From assembly GCA_012295275.1 (NCBI GenBank), contig CM022674.1, forward strand, positions 10,788,001-10,852,000: 64,000 nt of DNA. The letters run 5' to 3'. Made by a program: the position numbers and the translations under genes. The notes under the pieces are model-generated. The model saw nothing but the letters and a program-made list of their open reading frames with translations. It was not told the DNA's origin and ran no database searches. Below, in pieces: positions 54,866-64,000 of the stretch (positions are counted from its first letter, which is position 1; every line of letters begins with the position of its first letter). This stretch comes from Chrysomallon squamiferum (lineage: Eukaryota > Animalia > Mollusca).

Positions 54866-55788
54866 CAGTAACAAACAGTCAGCTTGGTTTAACCAGTAAC
54901 AAACAGCTTAGTTTAACCAGTAACAAAAGTCAGCTTAGTTTAACCAGTAACAAACAGTCAGCTTGGTTTAACCAGTAACAAACAGTCAGCTTGCTTTAAC
55001 CAGTAACAAACAGCTTGGTTTAACCAGTAACAAACAATCAGCTTGGTTTAACCAGTAACAAACAGTGAGCTTGGTTTAACCAGTAACAAACAGTCGGCTT
55101 GGTTTAACCAGTAACAAACAATCAGCTTGGTTTAACCAGTAACAAACAGTGAGCTTGGTTTAACCAGTAACAAACAGTGAGCTTGGTTTAACCAGTAACA
55201 AACAGTCAGCTTAGTTTAACCAGTAACAAACAGTCGGCTTGGTTTCACCAGTAACAAACAGTCAGCTTGGTTTCACCAGTAACAAACAGTCAGCTTGGTT
55301 TAACCAGTAACAAACAGTCAGCTTGGTTTAACCAGTAACAAACAGCTTGGTTTCACCAGTAACAAACAGTCAGCTTGGTTTAACCAGTAACAAACAGCTT
55401 GGTTTAACCAGTAACAAACAGCTTAGTTTAACCAGTAACAAACAGTCAGCTTGGTTTAACCAGTAACAAACAGTCAGCTTGGTTTAACCAGTAACAAACA
55501 GCTTAGTTTAACCAGTAACAAACAGTCAGCTTGGTTTAACCAGTAACAAACAGCTTAGTTTAACCAGTAACAAACAGTCAGCTTGGTTTAACCAGTAACA
55601 AACAGTCAGCTTGGTTTAACCAGTAACAAACAGCTTAGTTTAACCAGTAACAAACAGTCAGCTTGGTTTAACCAGTAACAAACAGTCACCTTGGTTTAAC
55701 CAGTAACAAACAGTCAGCTTGGTTTAACCAGTATCAAACAGTCAGCTTGGTTTAACCAGTAATAAACAGTCGGCTTGGTTTCACCAGT
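54866..55788. repeat. Minisatellite with 28-bp and 24-bp unit variants, about 34 copies
   Basis: cagtaacaaacagtcagcttggtttaac and cagtaacaaacagcttrgtttaac. Confidence 0.95.
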
Positions 55789-57778
55789 TGGCTCTGGGCC
55801 ACGAGTTCACACAATGAAAATATTGTATAAGAGTTGACCAAGCGAATCACTGATTTTACTGTTATTTATACACTGTATTCATACACACACCACACACAGC
55901 TCTGTGGTCAAATCACAGCAGAGAGGCCTGACATAACCAGACAAACACTAATACAGACACATCTATTCATAAACAGCAACGATATTAGTTGTATATATTT
56001 TTTTTAGGTTAAGAAATTACAATAAGCAAAATTTATAAACCATCATAATTATATAAACACATATCCATACACAATTATGAACATACAGACATACATATGC
56101 ACACACATTTAAAAAACCCACACAAACACTTACAAGCACACACACACACACACACAATTTATTTATTCATTTATTCATATAACTAAAATATTTATTATAC
56201 TCTAATTACTACTACTTTTTTTTTCTGAAATAGAATATCTGGTCCTTCTTATTTCATGTGCATGCATGTGTGTGCATATATATAAATATATATAACCACA
56301 TACACCCACATTTTGAAAATGCAGTGAAAATACCTTACACACACACACACACACACAAAAAAAGAATAATAATAATTATAATCATAATTGATTTATTTCT
56401 TCTCCTAAGACCAAAACAAATTTACTGCTGATCTGTTTCCCCAACATAACTAGCCAATCAAAAAAGAGAATACTTTAATGGCTGACAGAAGTTACAAAAT
56501 GAGCTTAAATTGAGTGATGGGAAGAAGTCAGATTAGGAGCTGCTAGCAGGAAATCAATTCTTGTAATTCCCTCTACAGTAACAACAAAAATAATCTATTG
56601 ATGAATGCAGAATAAAAAAAGAAAAAGCATCAATTCTGATTTTATCCGATTTGTATCTTATTTATTATTTTTGGTGACTTATTATTCATTCATTCATTTT
56701 TTTAAGGTATTTTTTTTATCTTCTATTTAATAAGATAGATAGACTGACAAATAGATAATGCTGAACAACTATTATTAATAACAAACATATTAATAAAAAT
56801 GCCAGTTTATTTTTATTTTATCAGGTTTATATATCATTTGTTATTGTGTGGTTTATTTATTCTTTCATTCAGTTTTTTATATATGTACTTATTTGTCTCT
56901 TGCTTAGTAATAAGATATTAAATAGATGTCAGAAATAATAGTCATACATTTTTTTACTAAAAGTAATAAACAGAAACTAGTAAAAACAAATTGTTATTTA
57001 TATTTTTATATTCAAATTTTTATCTTATAAGAGTATTAGTGTGATATTCAAGATGGTATCAGTTATTACTTCAAAATTTTAATACTGGAATTTGGTGTTG
57101 TATGCCAAGGATCATTGCAGTCTTGAGTAAAAATCACTTCATTATGAACAGGACTTCAATCCTCTAACGAAATAAGTATATTTAAAATATTTCCCAAAAT
57201 TATTTTAGCAATAATACATAATATTATGTATGTCAGTTTCATTTTCATTAAGAGTTTTTTCAGTAAAAGGATATTAAGTTATGAAATGGCTCTGAAAATG
57301 GACATCCCATAAACACTGGTATAATATTTCAATAATGACTGGGTCCCGATGTTAAATAAGTCTCATTTCATGAGGGGTATGAGACTATCAGTTTTTGTTT
57401 GTATCTGAAATTTTGTATCCAGTGTGGTATTCAAGATGGTGTGTATCAGGTGACTGTACAAATTTCTGTGGTTACAAAATGTCACATAAAACTGAAACTG
57501 AAATTCTTACTAAAGCTGATGTCTTAACCTCCACACAAACACATTTGTGGTTAGAGTTAATTGTCATCACCTGTTTTCATTTTTCTAATTACTACTGTGA
57601 TCAGTTTATTTTGATAAATTTAGTTTAAGGATTTAAATAAACTTTAACTGAATACACACATACACAAAACCCCCCTCTTTCTCTGTCTCACACACACCCA
57701 CCCACCCACACAATCCTACCTCCCTCTCACAAACATACATACACTAAATAGAACATGTAAAGATATGTTTATTGCTCT

Positions 57779-57779
<1 letters not shown>

Positions 57780-57868
<89 letters not shown>

Positions 57869-57880
57869 GTGTGTTTGTGT

Positions 57881-57913
<33 letters not shown>
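57780..57913. repeat. (CT)n followed by (GA)n microsatellites
   Basis: Read directly. Confidence 0.9.
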
Positions 57914-59861
57914 CATTTATATCTTTGGTGTGTGTGTGTGTTTTTGTTTGTCTGAATGAGCAATTATAGAGATTAAATTTAAACTTGTTTTATATAAATT
58001 TTGAAAATAATTAAATAAGACACTGAAATAAAATTCGAAAAGAAATAATTCATTTTGTACTTACAGCTTAAAATAATTATCTGACCAGATCCACTTCTCT
58101 TATGTACAATGTGCTGTTTACGCTGGAATTTCAGTGTGTAAACTTAGTAGTAAACAATGTAAACGTAATACCTCTCAGGTGTGAATCAATCTCAGGTGTG
58201 TCTCCTCACCAAACAATAACAAAAGTTAAAAGAAAAATGTCAATAATTAGTAGTTCAAGTATCTGACCCAGTTTCAAATCAGATTACCTCAGGCTTGCCC
58301 GTATTTAAAATCAGCCCATTTCAGTTTGCCTGCATACAAACCAGTGTATTTTAGAATGGTCCTTCTTAAAACTGGTCTTTTGCAATTATTCAGTTTTTCA
58401 ACGAGTCCATTTCAGAGTAGTCTGGTTTTAAAACTGGAACATTTTGGAGTTGTTCAGTTACAAATTGTCCAGTTTTAAAATCTATTTCAGAGTTGTCCAG
58501 TTTTAGAATCAGTATATTTCAGTTTTGTAGTTTTTAAAGTAATACTTTTCAGCTATCAAATTTAATCAGAAACTGAATTAGCTAAATTATAATAAATCTT
58601 TTTTAATATTTGAAATTTAATTAAAAAACAAATGTATTAAAATAAACAATAAAAAATACTGTATTAAGCACTTCACTGTGAAAGAAGAATATGTGCAGAA
58701 AAACAAGTTTTAAGACAGAACTAGACTGGTATTTTAATTAAATACACAGTTAGTTAAAAACCAGTCAGGCAGGATATACAAGGTGCAGCTTTGGTTTTAT
58801 GAACCACAAACAATAAAATGTGGATTTCCACCTCCACTTTTTATTTTTTATAGCTTAAATGAATGAAAGCCACAAATAAAAATAAAATTACATTTTAATA
58901 GGAGTGGTATTTGTTAACCTCAAAAATGAAGACATGGGACGAAGACATCTTTATCTAGTTTTAAGATCAGATCAGTGCAGTTTAAAGTACATATTGATTC
59001 TTTTTATGTATTAAATACATCCCACACAAATGAAGACAGAATAAGAGAGAAAAAAGACAAAGGGATAGAGAGAAAACAGAACTACAAAGAAAATTAATGA
59101 AACAGAAGAGAAAAAAGAAAGAACAGTATAAGAAAAAAAAGTTCTTTTGTCATATTTTTATACATACAAATGGCATAAATCACATATTAAACTGTAACTG
59201 TTTGTTTTTCTTAATGACATTGGCTGTGAATATATAACACATTAATTACAGCATGCAGATGTCTTTATACATATTTTATAATTTTTTTTTTTCATTATTC
59301 TTATTAACCTGACAGCCATTTTAACATCACAATCAGTAAATAAAACCTTTCATTAAAAATTCACTGATGTTATAAAATTTGTAAAAATTAAATTTTTACC
59401 TTTTTCATTAAAGATTTTGCAGTCAAAAAGATTGTTTCTTCTTTTTCTGGTCTGTGAAATCACTTCAGTCTCCATTCTGTATTATATAAATTCATTTTTC
59501 GTGTTGAAAGGGAAATTTCTTTAACTTAAATGCTTCTAGAGTTTTATCTCAATGAGATGGAGTGATTTGGCAAGTGATCAGAAATAGTTTGAGAATTTGT
59601 CTCTAATCACCAGCTATTATTATTATTGATCACTGAGCAATTTGATGTAGTAGCTGACACCTGTGTGTATAGCTGGTGCTCCAGATTTGATTGAGGAATG
59701 TACCAAGAAATTCATTAATGAAAGATGACTGCTGGTACCTGTTTTCATTTGATGATAATGATAACTAAGATGATGATGATGATGATAATAATCATGGTCA
59801 TGATAAATAAAAAAAAGAGGGTAAAACAACAAACATAAAAAATAAATAAATAAATAAATAA

Positions 59862-59930
<69 letters not shown>

Positions 59931-61433
59931 ATAAAATAATTCTCTCTCTATATATATATAGGAAACAAAATAAAAATAAAAGCACTAACGGTTAATGAAA
60001 AATGAGATTAAAATTCAAGGTTATCAAAGCAGTAGTGAAAGCAACTAGTCATGTTGAACTGAAAGATCAAATAAACATGTGAACACAATAAAAGCTGTAT
60101 GTTTTGACCTTGACCTTTGATAACATTTGAAGAAAATGAAAAAGTTTGTTTAAAAGCAGTCAGAACAGCCAGCTGTCTGATAGTCTGTGTGTGATACTGG
60201 GCTGTTTACAATGCAAGATATTTTTTACACTGTTTGTTTTTAGAAAGGTTAATATCAGTTTTGTATGTACTACAAGGCAGAACATGCTAATATATTTCAG
60301 TAATATCTATATGTTTACTATACTTTTGAAAAGAAATTTGACTATGTAAAATTTTTAAATCCTCTACTGGAATTATAAAATATTTTTGATAGTTATCAAC
60401 AGTGACAAATGTGATATCACATACTACTGTTTTAAATCATGTATGTACATACGTATTTACATACATACATAATATATATGCATACATCAATATTGTAACA
60501 CACGTACAGTATATCTGAGACATCACTTCAACATGGAAACACATTCAATATTCAACTTTCACATCTAACACATACAATGAAGTATTTCCAGATGATGCTT
60601 TTATCAAAAAAAAAGAAATTTTTCTTTACCTTATTTATGTGTTATTTGTAGAAGTACCTGACACACCTTGAACAGGTTCAGGTAACAATCTTGAGAAAGT
60701 TTGAACAGAAAAACCATTGTATGTATTTCTTTGAAAGGTAACACAACTGTATAAGTAGGATAGGTCACAGGTAAGCAGCTACCTGTCAGGTACACCACCT
60801 GTTAGACTAACCTTTGTCTATCAGTGATTAATGACATCAGCACAACAGGTAAAAATACAGGTAGAAGGAGATTCTTAAATGTCAGGATGGTTAATGTGGA
60901 GATTTAATGTTGATACTGAGAGAAATGACAAAAGTTAGCCAATTACAGAAAGCTATTAGAAAAGATCAGTAGTAGAATAAAACATTGCTAATTATGGTAA
61001 AGTACTGTTGTTTAGAAAACACAGGTGAAATGAGAAAAGAGAAAAAGATGGATGAATATATATATTAAGACAAATTATTATGGTAAAATTAAAATAATAC
61101 CTGGCTGTACAAAAATCAGGTAGCAAATATGATGATTAATAGAAATTATTATTGTAAAAAGATACGGGTAGAATAAGGTAAATGTTTTTAAAAAGAGTAC
61201 ATAAAATAATATAATATACTGATTAATGGATGTACAGGTAAAACAAAAAACACAGGTGAAACTGAAGTGGATATTAAAATATTAATTATTATGATTCACA
61301 GGCAGTTTTTAAGAAACTGAGGTATAGTAAAACTGTAAAGAAGTAAATCTTATTTTATATATATATAAAACTCTAAGAGATCAATTGAATTTTCAGACGG
61401 ACACTGATATAGATGCAGGTGTTAAAATAAACA

Positions 61434-61470
<37 letters not shown>

Positions 61471-63062
61471 CACTGCTCCATACATATTCTCAGCTGATCT
61501 CACTCCACAGATTTTTTTTCTCAGCCTTTTAACATTATTTGATCATTATGCAAATTTCCAACAAATTTTTATTTAAAATTTAACACCCTGAAGTAAACGC
61601 ATGCATGCAGTTACAGCCTCAAACAACAAGTGATAAAAATTTGTCATCATTGTTGTGTGGACTTTAAAGAGAAATCTCTGCTGTTTGTCTAGCACTGCTG
61701 GGAGGCGCAGTTTTCATTTACCACAGCAGGGAATCGTGCAGGTACGTTAGGCAGATGTTACACAAATTACTTATACCATTGTTACCTTAATGTGCAGCAC
61801 AGCTGTGTCGCAGATTTAATAACTCATCCAGCCAGGTAATGCAACTGAATGCTTAGAAATGACAGGTAGTATTACGAATGCTCACAAATGAGATGTCGTA
61901 TAAATATTTTGTAAATATTTGTAAATATTCACTCAAAAAGGTAATATTAGTGAACGCTAATTTAAAAAAAGGTGATATCTGTAAGTCCAATTTATGGATA
62001 TTTTGAAAATAACTAATATTAGTAAATTCTCACATTGGTAATATTAGTAGAAGCTCACCAAGGGAAGTAATATTAGTTTATATTTACTGGAACAGGTAAA
62101 AATAGTAAATACTCAGATATAATTTTTAGTGTTTGGCTAACAGTGATAAAAAGCAACAACAACAACAACAATAATAATAATGACAATAATGATTATTGTG
62201 GTGATGAGAATATAATAACAAACTGCAGTGTGTTCTCACAGATTCACAAAGAACAAAACAATTTTTCTTAATGTAGCACTAGGTGGATTATTTTCCATCA
62301 AGCTGTTATCTATACAGCTTGGTTTGTTTATGTGTCTTCCAGACAAATGTTAAAGGTTATTTTGTCAGCGTGTTATCTACTGGTTAAATTAACAACTTAT
62401 AACCCCTGGTACTGATGCTGCAAAGACCATGGTGCTCGTTAAAACCCTAGAAGAACATCAATATTTTTTTTGGACAGGAAAAGGATCTGAATGTCTAAGA
62501 GCAGAGTTTTAAACAAATAATAAACAGAGTAGGCTCAAATTTACTGTGTTAAACATACACACTGCTTGTCCAAAGAAGCATATACATTTTGTTTACAGCT
62601 TCTTGTTTACCTGTGAAATGTCAGTAAATGATGTTATAAGTATGGTATAATTTACTCAGAGTGTTGTATAAACACTGTATGTGATGGGCAGGTATCCTGT
62701 TTCACCTAGCAGGTAATGAGTTCACATTACAGAGATTATTTTGTTCCTGAGAAAAATCTAGAAAGTGTGAGGTGAGACTGCAGTATTTAATTAAATAAAT
62801 AGTAGGATATTTTTATGGATGTGTGAGTGCATATTTGTCTGAATGTTGTTTTTGTGGTCTCTACATGTGCGTTTACATCATGTCTGAATGTCTGAATATC
62901 TATCAGAACACACATTTAAAGAAATGTAGATGGAAACCTGAGTTTTATCAATTTTGTATTTGTTCAAGCCTGTAGAAACTATGCTAGAAAAAAGACTTTG
63001 AAGTAAATAAAGGTAACGAATGTTGAAAAGGTTTATGCAGTTTCTGTACATCTGTGTTTAAT

Positions 63063-63292
63063 TAGTGTCTGAATGTGTGTTTATGTGCTGTTTGAATGTG
63101 TTCATTTATGTGGTGTTTGTTTATGTTGTGCATACATGTCTGTGTTTATGTGGTGTCTGTATGTCTGTGTTTATGTGGTGTCTGAATCTGCATGTCTGTG
63201 TTTATGTGGTGTCTGTATGTCTGTGTTTATGTGGTGTCTGTATGTCTGTGTTTATGTGGTGTCTGTGTTTATGTGGTGTCTGTATGTGTGTT
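63063..63292. repeat. About 25-bp GT-rich minisatellite
   Basis: Unit tgtctgtgtttatgtggtgtctgta with variants. Confidence 0.85.
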
Positions 63293-64000
63293 TCAGGTTT
63301 ACATATCTATGTGTATCTGTATATTAATGAATCGGTCAAAGGCTGTGTTCACTGTCACTTAACACAGATTAGAAATACTGGATGTCAATCACTGATTACA
63401 AAATAAGAATATAGCTGGACAACACATACCAGTACCTTTAACGAAAACTGTTGTGAGAAATATCAGTTTGTATTTACTTAGTTTTCACATACATACATTA
63501 ATATATAATATCACACAAAATATATATTTGTCTATCAGATTTCTATTTTCTGTCATATTCACATGTAGACAGAAACCCGACTTTTACAAATTTGTCCAAA
63601 GCTGTAAAAACAGCTGCATACAAATTTCAAACAACTTTAAACATTCAACTTTAGAAATGAGTGTATGTTTAAAAAGTCAAAGTGGAATATAAATTGGATT
63701 TAATCAATAAGAGTATTTGTATTCTGGGTCTGTGTTTGTCTCCAAACTTGAGGATAATATTTGTCATAATATCTCAGCCTGGCAAACAATCAAAACTCTG
63801 CAGGTGGGAACATTCTTCAGTCTTTTCATCTCAACAGAATAAAAAGTACAAATTTTGGGGCATTTTTTTTAAAATTATTTTCTTCATATTATTTTGTCTT
63901 CTTTGGTTGTTATATTTTTTCTCTTTTTATACATTGTTATTGTTATTGATCTTCTTTGTTGTTTATAATTTTTAGCATCATATTAATATGTAAAATATGC

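Noticed and set aside
54866-55788. 28-bp partly palindromic repeat as a CRISPR array
   Set aside because: No spacers; it is a plain minisatellite.
45400-64000. Additional coding exons in the right-hand 19 kb
   Set aside because: Only isolated splice-like motifs, with no phase-consistent exon chain or recognisable peptide. Small or non-coding exons cannot be excluded.

Overview
AT-rich, microsatellite-rich eukaryotic (animal) genomic DNA with GT-AG introns. It is probably an invertebrate such as a mollusc; that is inference only. Two complete multi-exon genes, reconstructed by hand, lie tail-to-tail. The first is a procollagen-lysine 2-oxoglutarate 5-dioxygenase/glycosyltransferase (PLOD/LH3-like, + strand, 9463-22673, 20 coding exons, 726 aa). 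The second is a Polyhomeotic-like Polycomb gene (- strand, 28265-35753, 12 coding exons, about 765 aa, with HD1, FCS finger and SAM). A third, unrecognised Ser-rich gene (- strand, about 43136-44998) is split by one or two apparent frameshifts and ends in a PDZ-binding-type motif. The most notable feature is a duplicated PLOD exon (18a/18b) whose two homologous copies are only 20 nt apart, which implies sterically enforced mutually exclusive splicing of the loop that caps the lysyl-hydroxylase active site. Other features are tandem arrays that amplify real PLOD splice sites, a 171-bp (3x57) higher-order repeat, a hairpin MITE-like element and several minisatellites. There is no CRISPR array, rRNA or recognisable tRNA, and most short ORFs in the supplied track are microsatellite artefacts.
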